Origin: an uncultured delta proteobacterium
GTDB lineage: Bacteria; Desulfobacterota; Binatia; UBA9968
Length of the DNA stretch: 64,000 bases
Direction: 5' to 3'
Assembly (NCBI GenBank): GCA_963804165.1
Contig: CAWDPO010000023.1
Coordinates: forward strand, 160,001-224,000
Below, one piece after another: positions 10,471 through 21,187 of this stretch; within the stretch, counting starts at the first letter, position 1, and every line of letters begins with the position of its first letter. The position numbers and the translations under genes were made by a program. Under the pieces are notes generated by a model that saw nothing but the letters and a program-made list of their open reading frames with translations, had not been told where the DNA came from and searched no databases.

Positions 10471-11525
10471 CTAATTCGTTTTCTTCTGGGTTGATTTCAC
10501 TAAGAAACTCAAATTCCGCTTCACCGAGTCCGACATTGAATAAATCTGCTTGACGTATCCATCGATCTCTTCCCCTACACGGGCTCGATATCGAGCTTAG
10601 TTTTCTTTGCGTCGCCCAAAAATTCCGGATCTCTCAAAGTCGCAGCAAAGGCTTTACGCAAGGTCGCAAGCCGCTCCTTCGGCGTACCGGGCGGCAATGA
10701 AAAGGGCCGCTGAAACTCGTAGGAAGCCGCCCAGGTTTTATACGTCGCTAGATTGTCTTTGCCTTTGATGACTTCGGTAAACAGCGGCAGGTCCTTGACT
10801 TCGGGGTCTTCGAGCCTCTTGTGGGTGATAAAGGGAATCAGTTTGTCATCGCCTTTCGCGTCAAGCATGGCTCTGTTTGAAACCCGCATCGATTCCCACC
10901 CCAAGCAAGCTCCTTCAACTTCTCGCTTCTGCATCGCCACGCGAACGATGGAGGTGCCGGCGTAACCCGATATCACGTCGAATTTCGTTCCCGCCACATT
11001 GTTTAGAATAGTCGGTGCGTCGTCATAAGCGGTGCCCGCGCGCACGCCGCCCATTCGAATGGGACGTTTCGAATGGAGAACATCATTCCAGTTCTTGAAT
11101 CCGGTATAACCCATAATCGCGCACGTCGGGTGAGCCTTTACTCGGCGCACCTATCCAGCCGAATTTTCGTCCGTCAAATCTGGGACTCCTATCACCTAGG
11201 GCTTGACGAATAATCTGTCCGCTGATCCAAACACCGATCGCTAACCCGTCCCGCTCAGCTTTGTTATATGTGTAGTTGGCCGCAATCAGCGAACCAGCCC
11301 CGTCCATATTCTCCACGACCATCGATGGGTTTCCCGGTATATGTTTGCCAAGATGCCGCCCGATCGCGCGGGTGTAGGTATCGTATCCTCCCCCGGCAGG
11401 CGCGCCGACGATAAAGCGGATCGTTTTGCCTTTGTAGAAATCATCCGCCTTCCGCTCGGAAAGGGACAAAGAAACGCGAACACGATCGAGATTGTCGTCG
11501 TAATTTTTCCGATTTTGCGTTTCAT
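10471..11525 (-). CDS. TctC/Bug family substrate-binding protein; about three frameshifts (~11455, ~11135, ~10577)
   Basis: Pieces MKRKIGKITT / ADDFYKGKTIRFIVGAPAGGGYD / TCAIMGYTG...DIEPV / GEEIDGYVKQIYSMSDSVKRNLSFLVK join into a full-length paralog. Confidence 0.8.
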
Positions 11526-11595
11526 TTCTTCCTCCATTCATACGGTTTAGGAGTCACCTGTTTTTAGTCATGCTATTTTCATCGTGCTTTTTGTC

Positions 11596-12624
11596 TTAAC
11601 GAAGACCGAAGATCTTCTGATATAGCTTTATGGTCTCAGAGAAGTTCTTGTAATCCTCCGGGTGCTCAACGATGCGTTTGTAGCCTTTGAAAAGCCGAGG
11701 CGGATCGGGTTCTATGTCCTCCCTGACGGGCACACGCCGAAATCCCACGAGCATTTTCTGTCCCTCCCTAGACAGAAGAAAATCGATAAACAGCTTTCCT
11801 GCATTCGGATGCGGCGCTTTGGCCGCGAGCATCAACGGGTTGACCTGCACCGGCACCGGTTCCAGCGGGACCCAATCCATCGGATGTCCCAACGAGGTTT
11901 CCCTCTGGATTGTCGGCGCGTAGGCGATGATGAGCGGGTATTCTCCCGCCATCGCCAGCTGCACGCGGTTGGTATTTCCTCTCATCACTACGGGTTCTTG
12001 CGCAGCGAGCTTCTTAAAATAGCTGACCGCCTTTTCCTTACCCCACTCCCGAATGAGTCCGGCAAGGAGCCCATAGGCTGAGTCGTCGATAGAAATCTTT
12101 TTTCCTTTCCATTTGGGATCAAGGAGCTGTTCATAGGTTTTAGGCACTTCGTCTTTCTTGACCAGGTTGGTGTTGTAGCCGAGAACAAACGGGTTCACGT
12201 AGTAGGCGGTCCAGTATCCTTCATCATCAACCATGTCCCGCTCGATGAATTTGCTCTCGGGAGAACGGTACGGCGCCAGCAGCTTGGATTCCGAGAGAGT
12301 CAGCACCATATCGCCGCGCCCCGAGACCACATCCCAAGCGTACAAGCCACCGCGGGCTTCGATCTTGATTCGATTTAGCAGTTCGTCCGCTCCGCTGCGG
12401 AATAGATCCACTTTGAGGAACGGATATTTCGCTTGAAACTTATCGCCGACCTTTTTACTCTGGCTCAACGTCATGGTGGTGTAATAGGACACCGTGCCTT
12501 CGGACTTTGCCGCCTCGACTAGTTTTGGATTCGATCCCGCTTGCGAGGAAGAAATAAGCGATGGGCAATACGTAAACACGCTTGCCGACCAAAGGATCAA
12601 AATCAGTTTGGCTGCTCGGTGCAT
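11596..12624 (-). CDS. ABC transporter extracellular solute-binding protein (AfuA/Fe3+-thiamine-like cluster)
   Basis: AAKSEGTVSYY, FQAKYPF, LGYNTNLV, PKTYEQLLDPKWKG and APHPNAGKLFIDF. Confidence 0.85.
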   Translation of the reverse strand: MHRAAKLILILWSASVFTYCPSLISSSQAGSNPKLVEAAKSEGTVSYYTTMTLSQSKKVGDKFQAKYPFLKVDLFRSGADELLNRIKIEARGGLYAWDVVSGRGDMVLTLSESKLLAPYRSPESKFIERDMVDDEGYWTAYYVNPFVLGYNTNLVKKDEVPKTYEQLLDPKWKGKKISIDDSAYGLLAGLIREWGKEKAVSYFKKLAAQEPVVMRGNTNRVQLAMAGEYPLIIAYAPTIQRETSLGHPMDWVPLEPVPVQVNPLMLAAKAPHPNAGKLFIDFLLSREGQKMLVGFRRVPVREDIEPDPPRLFKGYKRIVEHPEDYKNFSETIKLYQKIFGLR

Positions 12625-12669
12625 GTCATTCTCCCTTCGTTCCGTCCGCGCTAGCCGCAAACGGTGACG

Positions 12670-13707
12670 TCAATTCCGGCTCATGTGTGTGTGGCCGTAG
12701 AGCTTGTCGATAAAACCTCTTCGCTTAAGGTTGTTAACGAACCGTAAATCGACAAAATCTTCGGCTTTCGCCTTCGCGGCTTTTGGATCCCAACTCGCTT
12801 GCACCGCCAGAGTATCGTTCAAGCCTTCCAACGTCGGCTTCGTGTCCTCCTGCAGCAGTTCCTTGTAGGCGACCCAAGAACCTTCAAGCACGCTCGGTTT
12901 CGCGCCGCGGGTATACTTCGTCATGATCTGGATCGTTTCTTTTTTGTTATTTTTAAAGAAGTGAACCGCCTCGGCCACAGCCTTGGCCATCGCCTCAACA
13001 ACTTTGGGTTGCTCTTGGATTAATTTTCCTGAAGCCACCGTGCAGGTGAACTGAAACGGGATCTTGAGCTTCGCCATGTCGATAATCAGCTTCATTCCGG
13101 CCTTCTCGCCTTGAATTTTTCCCGGTTCCGTAACCATCGTGAAGTCAGTCTGCCCATTGATCACAGCGGCGACGCGGGCCGGCGAACCGCCCACCATGAC
13201 CGCTTGGATATCTTTGTAGTCGATGCCGTATTTGCGTAGCGCAAGGCGCACAGCGAAGTCGGCCGAGGTGCCGGGAATATGGGTGGCTAGGGCTCGTCCT
13301 TTGAGGTCTTCAGGCGATTTGATATCTGGTTTGCCGATAATGTAGTAGGGCAGCGTGTTGACGAGGCTGTCGAAGATTAGGAGATCACCGCCCGCCAATT
13401 TTCCGTTGATCGCTGAAGTGCCGACGGCGCCCGCAAAATCTATGTCACCGGCGACCAAACTTTGGATGCCGCGCGTGCTGCCGTTTATGAAGACGAGTTC
13501 GACATCCAATCCGTACTTCTTGAATAGGCCGGCATCCTTGGCGATCCAGTACGGAGCGGACGAGCCTGGCGAGTCGGAAATATAGGCCATGCGTGCTTCT
13601 TCGTTTGCCTTTGCTCGGGTGGGGAGAAAGATCGAGAACATTACAAAATACAAAACAAGCCTAAGGAGAATCGTTAATATTTTTTGGGCGGTTTCTTGGT
13701 TCATCAT
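12670..13707 (-). CDS. ABC transporter substrate-binding protein, NMT1/THI5/SsuA family
   Basis: PYWIAKDAGLFKKYGLDVEL, IKSPEDLKG and C-terminal FVDLRFV...GFID. Confidence 0.88.
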   Translation of the reverse strand: MMNQETAQKILTILLRLVLYFVMFSIFLPTRAKANEEARMAYISDSPGSSAPYWIAKDAGLFKKYGLDVELVFINGSTRGIQSLVAGDIDFAGAVGTSAINGKLAGGDLLIFDSLVNTLPYYIIGKPDIKSPEDLKGRALATHIPGTSADFAVRLALRKYGIDYKDIQAVMVGGSPARVAAVINGQTDFTMVTEPGKIQGEKAGMKLIIDMAKLKIPFQFTCTVASGKLIQEQPKVVEAMAKAVAEAVHFFKNNKKETIQIMTKYTRGAKPSVLEGSWVAYKELLQEDTKPTLEGLNDTLAVQASWDPKAAKAKAEDFVDLRFVNNLKRRGFIDKLYGHTHMSRN

Positions 13708-13752
13708 GGTCGCCTCCTTTAGCTTTTTGCCGTCAGAATGCAGCAGCGCTCT

Positions 13753-14130
13753 TCATCCGCTCTCTGAAGACGTTAAATAATTGTTCAACTCGGTGGTCGT
13801 GAGTATTCGCGATCTCGGTATAGCCCGGAGTACGGCCTCTACTTGAGCTGTCATTTCTTTGTCCTGCGTTCGATCCATGAGAATGATGATCTCCAACGAC
13901 GGTTGTATGTCCATGAGATTCAAAGCCGTCTCCGCAAAGTCCATTTCCCGTCCTGTAGACATGAGTACAGCAGCACCGAAATAATTGTGTTTGGCATGCG
14001 CTACGGCTGCTGCTCCCGTGCTCCTCTTGACTATGTAGCAGTCGGCATGAGCAAGCTGCTCTTCAATATCGGTGGAGGCATCCGATCCAACCAACAAAAT
14101 CTTTTTCGGTTCCTGCCTCAGTTCCGGCAT
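13753..14130 (-). CDS. Degenerate receiver-like (CheY-fold) protein
   Basis: KILLVGSD...GAAAVAHA...AAVLM...PSLEIIIL follows a receiver secondary-structure pattern. No phospho-Asp or KP motif. Confidence 0.5.
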   Translation of the reverse strand: MPELRQEPKKILLVGSDASTDIEEQLAHADCYIVKRSTGAAAVAHAKHNYFGAAVLMSTGREMDFAETALNLMDIQPSLEIIILMDRTQDKEMTAQVEAVLRAIPRSRILTTTELNNYLTSSESG

Positions 14131-14185
14131 ACAGCGTTCCTCTATGTTGGATTCTCGATCAAGGCAGAATCTCTCCCGGCTGTGC

Positions 14186-14617
14186 TCAAACATCGCGCTG
14201 CCTTGCTTCGAAAAAAATAGAGGAAGATGTTTTGTCCTGCCAGGAAACAGCTGGTTTTAGACGTCGGTTTGCTGCGCTGCGAAGTTGAACGATTTTTGCT
14301 GACCATCCTTGCGTCTTCCGATTCTCTCTCCATTTCAGTAACGCGCGTCTGAAAAGCGCTGCATCGAATCCAAAGACCTCGCAAATGTGGAGAAAAGAAA
14401 ACAAACCATCGGAATCCTGAGACCAAAACCATGTCTCTGTTTCCCGAAACAGCACTTTGCCCCGCGTGGACGTGGAGACCACGAACTTCTGATACGTTTG
14501 TACCGCATCCACCAAAACGGCGAGCATGAGTTTGCGCTCCGACTCCCCGGGTTTGATCTGTCGGTAAACTTTGAAATAGTTGTGATTAGCCAGAACATCT
14601 ATCTCTACAAGAATCAT
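14186..14617 (-). CDS. Conserved hypothetical protein
   Basis: ERKLMLAVLVDAV...WFWSQDSDGLFSFLHICEVFG pattern recalled from deltaproteobacterial hypotheticals. GGGAG RBS before ATG at 14617. Confidence 0.65.
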   Translation of the reverse strand: MILVEIDVLANHNYFKVYRQIKPGESERKLMLAVLVDAVQTYQKFVVSTSTRGKVLFRETETWFWSQDSDGLFSFLHICEVFGFDAALFRRALLKWRENRKTQGWSAKIVQLRSAANRRLKPAVSWQDKTSSSIFFEARQRDV

Positions 14618-14640
14618 TTCGCTCCCCGCTGCTCGTTCAC

Positions 14641-14656
14641 AGCAAGAGCAGGGCCA
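14641..14656 (-). promoter_or_regulatory. Sigma-54 promoter for the 14617-downstream operon
   Basis: Minus strand TGGCCCTGCTCTTGCT (GG-N10-GC), ~25 nt before the ATG and just downstream of the enhancer-binding-protein gene. Confidence 0.65.
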
Positions 14657-14883
14657 GCGTAAAACTAGTTGCAAAGACGCGGGGTGACGGCTCTATCTTT
14701 GGGGACAGAGCGGTAAGGAGTGACTGGGAATGTGCCAACAATGCACACTCAAAAATGATTCAAACGAGTTACTGTGAAGAATTTAGCCAAGCACATGGCT
14801 CATCGTCTTTGGGTCGAAGGAATAACAGGCTCGTGCGCGGATTACCGTGCGGATTGTCTGCACGAGTAGAGCAGTTCCGATTT

Positions 14884-16242
14884 TTATAGGAGTTGGAATC
14901 TTTTGAGTTTGTTGTACAGAGTACGGCGACTAATCTTAAGCAGTGAAGCGGCTTTTACCTTATTCCCACTTACCGAGGAAAGAGCCATTTTAATATATTC
15001 CTTCTCTACTTCGTCGAGACTCATTCCAAGCTGAATCGGGTAGTACTCTCTCGGTCTCGTCGCTCCAGAGCCATCGATCTCACGTATCCGCTCGGGGAGA
15101 AGATCAGGGGTCAACTCTGCTCCCTTGGCCAATAAAACGGCCCGTTGGACCACATTTTTCAACTCACGAATATTTCCAGGCCAAGGGTAAGCCCGTATTA
15201 AACCGTACGTCTCGCTCGATACAATCCGAATATCCTTTTTGTACAATTCGGCGAACAGCGCTACGAAATGATCTGTGAGTAGCGAGAGAGCACCGACGCG
15301 TTCACGAAGCGGCGGGAGTTGTATTCGAAAGACATCGAGCCGGTAAAACAGATCTTCGCGAAAGAGTCCCTTCTGAACCGCTTCTTCTATGTTCTCATTT
15401 GTCGCGGCGATTACGCGGACATCCACGTGAATATCCCGTTCGCCGCCAACGCGGCGAACGGTTTTCATTTCTAATACTCGGAGCAGACTCACCTGGGTTT
15501 TCTCGTCCATCGTGGTAATTTCGTCGAGAAAAATGGTTCCGCGTTGCGCCTGCTCGAACAATCCTGAGCGTCTTTCAAAAGCGCCTGTATATGCCCCTTT
15601 CTCATGACCAAAGAGCTCACTAGCGACAAGCTCACGAGCAATCGCGCCCATATTCACCGGCAAGAAAGGAGACTGTTTCCGTCCACTCCGTTTGTGAATA
15701 GCTGCCGCGACCAAATCCTTTCCTGTCCCTGTTTCACCACTAATCAACACAGGGATATCTTCGGCGGCAGCTTCCATGATGTATTGGATCACGGTTCGCA
15801 TTTTCAATGTGAACGCCAATATTCCCTCAAACTCAACTGGCACAATTAATTCTGTATTCTCAGGTAAACTATTGGACTCGAGCGCTTTAGGCCGGGCTGT
15901 ATTTTTAACCATCGCCAGAAGGTGATCGTCGTCGACCGGCTTTTGAAGCCACTCGCATCGAAGACCTCGGGCGTTCAGAATAGCAGGCTTCTTTCGATCG
16001 GAAAGAACAATCGCTCTGCTGGCCGGCTGGGTTTTAAGAAGGTGCTTTATGATGTCGACGGCACTGGTACTCCTTGGTGGAGCAGATACAGTATCCCATA
16101 CAATCAAATCGTACGACGTCTGGTGCTCGGCCATTGCGGCCTCAAGGTTCGCGGCCGATTTGACGGCAAAATCAGCACCCAGATGAGGTTCGACGAGCGC
16201 TCGAACCGTCTGTTCTGCCTCAACGATAAGAACTCTACGCAT
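14884..16242 (-). CDS. Sigma-54-dependent NtrC/AtoC-family enhancer-binding response regulator (receiver, AAA+, Fis HTH)
   Basis: GETGTGKD, ELFGHEKGAYTGA, FLDEI, FREDLFYRL, WPGNIREL and ISRRTLYNKL. Confidence 0.95.
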   Translation of the reverse strand: MRRVLIVEAEQTVRALVEPHLGADFAVKSAANLEAAMAEHQTSYDLIVWDTVSAPPRSTSAVDIIKHLLKTQPASRAIVLSDRKKPAILNARGLRCEWLQKPVDDDHLLAMVKNTARPKALESNSLPENTELIVPVEFEGILAFTLKMRTVIQYIMEAAAEDIPVLISGETGTGKDLVAAAIHKRSGRKQSPFLPVNMGAIARELVASELFGHEKGAYTGAFERRSGLFEQAQRGTIFLDEITTMDEKTQVSLLRVLEMKTVRRVGGERDIHVDVRVIAATNENIEEAVQKGLFREDLFYRLDVFRIQLPPLRERVGALSLLTDHFVALFAELYKKDIRIVSSETYGLIRAYPWPGNIRELKNVVQRAVLLAKGAELTPDLLPERIREIDGSGATRPREYYPIQLGMSLDEVEKEYIKMALSSVSGNKVKAASLLKISRRTLYNKLKRFQLL

Positions 16243-16831
16243 ATAAAACTTAGACGCCCGACAAGCTCTCCGCTACCTACTCTAGCCGCTGCTTATTACC
16301 GAGATCAATAGAACGCCTTTAACGCTTCCCGGCGATTGGGATGCCATCGATCGGAGGCTATTTCAAGACAAATCACTGCGGCGTCAGATCACCGCCATCG
16401 AATCGACCCCAACGAGGTAAAATGCGCTGCATCATCGGGAGCAAAGGAGCGATCAGCCCGCTAAAAACAATGGACGAGCTATTACACTGCTCATGCCATT
16501 ACAAACCGGCGTCACACTGCCTCGAACTTCTCGGTCACTCAAGACATCCGTATTCCCTGTAAAGAAACTGCACATCCAATACGCTTTCCAAAGGTCTGGA
16601 CGATTGGTTTCATTGAATGTTGTCTGAGCACATAGCTACTCCTGCTGCCCTTGGGCTTTCTTTAATGAATCTCGGGTATAAAGGAAAAGGTACACGGCAT
16701 GTCTCTTTTCCGCACTCCCAGGCGAATTGACACAACTGGATGTGTACGATCCGCACACTCGTATTGGAGCTGCGGTTCGCACTGAATTCGAAGTTGTTGG
16801 AATGCGTTGACCTTCTACAGAAATTCCCAGA

Positions 16832-16848
16832 TTGGCACCACGGTTGCA
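16832..16848 (+). promoter_or_regulatory. Sigma-54 promoter with no clear downstream gene
   Basis: TTGGCACCACGGTTGCA, a near-perfect -24/-12 consensus. Confidence 0.6.
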
Positions 16849-17565
16849 AATTCAGGGTGGGTATTAGGAAGCTTAGCTACGTCTTTGATCCATTCGTCAA
16901 TGCCAGGAACGCTACGCGGCGAGGAGTTTTGGGGCGTCGGAATGCCAAGGGTTAACGTCGTTTACCCTTCCACCCTGGCGTTCTTTCTGACCGGTTTACG
17001 AAATCGCTGTGGGGCGCGCGCTGGTGGGCGTGCTCGTTGGCGAGTTCTATGCGGCCACGGCGGGTCAGTTTTTATGACCACAGTCGCCGGCGCGACTTTC
17101 GATAAGGTTTTCGTCGGTATATCGTTAATTGATCTTTTGCCATCTCCGGGATCATTCTTACCGATGTTCTCGATCGAACACCGGTTCGACAAATGGCGCC
17201 CCAAAGTGGGATCACACGTAGAGCCACCTTTACTACCACGAGAATGTCATTCCGCGTCTTCATACTGAAGGTGCCGAAAAGGTACGCGAGGGGTTGGAAG
17301 TGGATATTATTCATAATTGGCTCGTTTCGTTCCGCATCGCGGGTTTTGAGAATAACGCTTCCGTTGTCGCAATGGTTCGTGCGCAGACGTGTTTTTAGGG
17401 AAAGATTGATATGAAAAATGTGAGTACGCGGTCTTTGGGTTTGTTTATCAAAATGAATATTTAGAGCGAGTTTCTAATTCGAATCGAAATCCTCATATAT
17501 TCTGCTTGATCAACGAGACTGAAATTATCGACGCCTGGATCCGACATCCACGTTAAGCAACCGCG

Positions 17566-18000
17566 ATGCAAAGTTCGTTTTCGTCAATGCCGAGTTTGAT
17601 AGTGCTGCTGCTATTCTGGAGCGGGTGGACCTTTACATCCAACGAAGGAAACATCGACGTGGCTACACTAGGAATTACGCGTGAGCAGGCTAAGGCGATC
17701 AAAACCACATACCAAGAGATCCGCGATCGCATTCTAAGCGAAGAGCCCCGAATAACTAAAGTAAATCTGATTATCGAACCGTTGGACGAGTGGCGATCGG
17801 CGCTTGGGCGGCCAAGAATCTCGGTATTCTACGGCTGGCTAAAAGTAGTCTTCACTTTGAACTGCCGGCGCAGCACTTGTTTTACGGCCAAAGCGCGCGA
17901 CGCGCGTATACGAAGATTCTAGCTGAATTGATCCAATCGATAACCAACATGCGAGATGAATCCAAAGTGACCGGATTCGCCCGTTATACGCCGCCGCCAA
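17566..18000 (+). CDS. Hypothetical exported protein, possibly frameshifted (17566..17922 joined to the 17790..18161 frame)
   Basis: Signal-like N-terminus and protein-like composition. No recognisable family; end uncertain. Confidence 0.3.
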
Positions 18001-18170
18001 ATAGCCCATATCCGGGCAGAGAGAATTTTTGCAGTCCTTCCAAAAGCGTAGCGACTGTCGGCTTACGGATTAAGACTTATCGGCGTTGTAGTCGTACCTT
18101 GAACCGTGCGAAACAAGGGAGCACGTATCATATTCGTCGAGGAATTTTGCAAACGGAGTAGTGAACCCAG

Positions 18171-19910
18171 ATGACCGTGAATGTTGATCCAGCAACAGAG
18201 GCTGCAGCGGAACCGACTAGGTTTCCGTGGAACGAGTATCGCCTCCTTTTTTACTCGGCCCTGATCGGTGTTGCAGGTGGCTTGGGGGCGCAGCTTTTTG
18301 TCTGGATTTTGAATTTCACCGAACGTCTGCTTCTAGGGGGCATCGCCGGCTACCACCCACCTGAAGCGGGAAGTCTGAACCCTTAGTCCATTATCGGCAT
18401 TTGGGGCTTGTGGCTGATTCCCCTAGTAACAACCTTGGGCGGACTTCTCTCCGGGATATTGGTTTACACCTTTGCCCCAGAGGCAGAGGGTCATGGCACT
18501 GACGCCGCAGTGGAAGCGTTTCACTTCAAAGGTGGCAGAGTCAGACCGATTGTCCCTCTGATAAAAGTGTTTGCGTCTGCCGTCAACATCGGCTCTGGCG
18601 GAGCGGCCGGACGCGAAGGGCCAGCCGCGCAAATCAGTGTCGGAGTCGGTTCCATGCTCGCGGACTTATTGCGATTGCCAGACGAGGAACGGCGGGTTTT
18701 AGTTCTGGCTGGAATGGCCGCAGGACTAGCCGCCATCTTTCGATCCCCTTTAGGAATGGCGATCTTTTCGGTGGAAATTCTCTATTCGGGAATGGCCTTT
18801 GAAACCGAAGCCCTTATTTATACGGTCGTCGCCTCGGTCGTGGCATATGCGGTGAATGGGTTGTTTGTCGGATGGTCACCGATTTTTCTCTTTCCTGAAA
18901 CTGTTCATTTTACTCAGCCCATTGCGCTCGTGGGCTACGCTATACTCGGAGTCGTGGCAGGCGTTGTCGGTGCCATCGAACCGCCGATCTTTTACGGAAT
19001 CAGGGATCTGTTTCGAGTCTTAAGAATTCCCAATCATGTAAAGCCGGCCATTGGCGGGCTCTTGATGGGGTTGCTCGCCCTCGTCGTCCCCGAAACAATC
19101 TCTACCGGATACGGCTGGGTTCAGAAAGCAATGACCGGGGATTACATCGGTTGGTCGCTGATCTTTCTTGCACTCGCAAAAATATTGGCCATGTCTTTGA
19201 CGATCTCTTCCGGCGGCTCGGGCGGAGTATTCGGTCCCAATGTTTATATCGGCGGTATGGTAGGTGCGTGGGTTGCTTTTGTCGCAGACCGTTTCATCCC
19301 GGGTGCCGGTTTTAACACCGCCGCCTTCGCGGTCGTCGGCATGGCCGCAGTATTCGCCGGCACGGCTCGCGTTCCGATCGCCACGTTGATCATGGTCGCG
19401 GAGATGACTGGCGGCTATGGACTGATCGTTCCATCGATGCTCGCGACGACGATAGCATTTGTCGTAGAACGAACCGTATCGTCAGGTTTCAAATATCCTC
19501 GCCTATACGAGGCGCAGGTCGAGCTAAGATCCGATTCACCGACGCACCTGGAAAGTATGCTCAGGGCAACTTTCGCTGTGCTTGAACGTGGCCCTCTTGT
19601 GGATCTGCGCAATATCACTTTGCCGCATTTGGCCTCTCTGCTTCGCCACGGAACGCCAATACCCATTCACGGAGGCCAGGGCAACTTACTGACCGTAAAT
19701 TTGCCAAAAAATTCACAGCTGGCTGGCCGAAGTATAGCAGAGGTTTTCGAACGATTTCCTGCGCTACTCGCTGTGGCGATTATTCGCGACCAGCAGATCC
19801 AGCTCCCACGCGGTTCCACCAAACTCGAAGGCGAAGATCAATTGCTGATAGCAGCAAGCGAAACGACAAGTGCCGAAGCTTTCAAGAAAGCGGTAGCCAG
19901 CATAGCGTAG
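18171..19910 (+). CDS. CLC chloride channel/antiporter with C-terminal TrkA-C (RCK_C) domain, interrupted by an in-frame TAG at 18384-18386
   Basis: GHGTD, GREGP, FRSPLG and GSGGVFGP motifs, plus VAIIRDQQIQLPRGSTKLEGEDQL. ORFs 18171..18386 and 18408..19910 share the same frame. Confidence 0.9.
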
Positions 19911-20161
19911 GGTCGAATAGCGACATGCTGTCGTTATCCTTCCCTTTTGGGTCTGACTACAAATGTTCCTGATTTTCATTCTTCGTTCTCTATTATAGCC
20001 CGGCACTGTCAACCATTCAGCGAGCCTCGTCGTGCACGATAATAAGACCGGATTGGTCTAATCAGCGCACAGCTCGATACCACAGTCATATCAAACGGCT
20101 CGCTACGCACGAGATCCCTAGTTGAATCTGAGAATCGCCTGAAGTGGAACGTCGCGACCGG

Positions 20162-21142
20162 CTATTGATTCGGTCGATACGCTGGGCTGGCACCGATGGG
20201 GCGAAGAGCGAAGAACGTATCGAAGATACACTGGTCGACGAGATTCAGCTTGGTTTGAAAGCCATCGAGAAATTCATGCAGACCGCGCTTGATGATATGC
20301 TCGGTGTCCGCATACGCCAACTCGGCGCGCAACTGGCCAAGCCGCTGCTCGGCGGGGTTGCGGTACATGCCGACCGGCGTGCCTGTAATCGCGTGGAGCG
20401 AATCATTCGCTGCGGTCAAGCAGTGATGGATCGAGCGCGGGAACTCATGATCGAGGACAAGAAACTCGACGATCTGTTCGGGCGCGATGTGACCGTGCCG
20501 CTTACGGTACATTTCCAGGGCGCTGGCCGAACGCAGCACCGCCGCCCACTGTATATCATCCATAGGCGTGCCAACGTCGGTGACGGAAGGCAATAAAATG
20601 TAGTATTTCACGTCCAACAATCGCGAGGTCTTGTCGGCGCGCTCCACTAGACGGCCCATACGGTAGAAATGCCAGCCTTCGCCGTGCAGCATGGTCGCTT
20701 CGGCGACGCCGTCGAATAACTGGCTGGCCTTTTTAACCTCGTTAAAAAAACTATAGGGCGAATGAATCAGCGCCAGGCTTGAAGCTGCGGCGTTGACCGC
20801 TAAATAACTGGTGTTCACCTGCTCCCACATCTCCGAGGAAATCGCCTCGCGCACGGTGCGCGAGTTTTCCCGGGCCACGCGCAAACAAGATATGATCGAG
20901 TTTGGGTTTTCCGTGTCCAAGGCGAGAAACTTGATGACGTTCTCGCGCGACGCGACGGCGTATCGCGACGCAAAAACGGCGTCGTCCCCGGAGATGCTGA
21001 CGAGCGGCCGCCATTGTTGATTTGAGCCCGAGGGAAGGTCGAGCATCATCTGCAAGTTGACGTCGATAAAACGCGCGACATTTTCCGCGCGTTCCATGTA
21101 CCGGCTCAACCAGTAAATCGAATTGGCCACACGGCTCAGCAC
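20162..21142 (-). CDS. Alpha-E domain protein (DUF403)
   Basis: MLSRVANSIYWLSRYMERAEN, ARENSRTVREAISSEMWE, GRLVERAD and FPRS. Confidence 0.92.
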   Translation of the reverse strand: MLSRVANSIYWLSRYMERAENVARFIDVNLQMMLDLPSGSNQQWRPLVSISGDDAVFASRYAVASRENVIKFLALDTENPNSIISCLRVARENSRTVREAISSEMWEQVNTSYLAVNAAASSLALIHSPYSFFNEVKKASQLFDGVAEATMLHGEGWHFYRMGRLVERADKTSRLLDVKYYILLPSVTDVGTPMDDIQWAAVLRSASALEMYRKRHGHIAPEQIVEFLVLDHEFPRSIHHCLTAANDSLHAITGTPVGMYRNPAEQRLGQLRAELAYADTEHIIKRGLHEFLDGFQTKLNLVDQCIFDTFFALRPIGASPAYRPNQ

Positions 21143-21187
21143 GTCTTTATCCCACCTCGCAGTCTCGCTCCTGCAAATCAGCAATCC

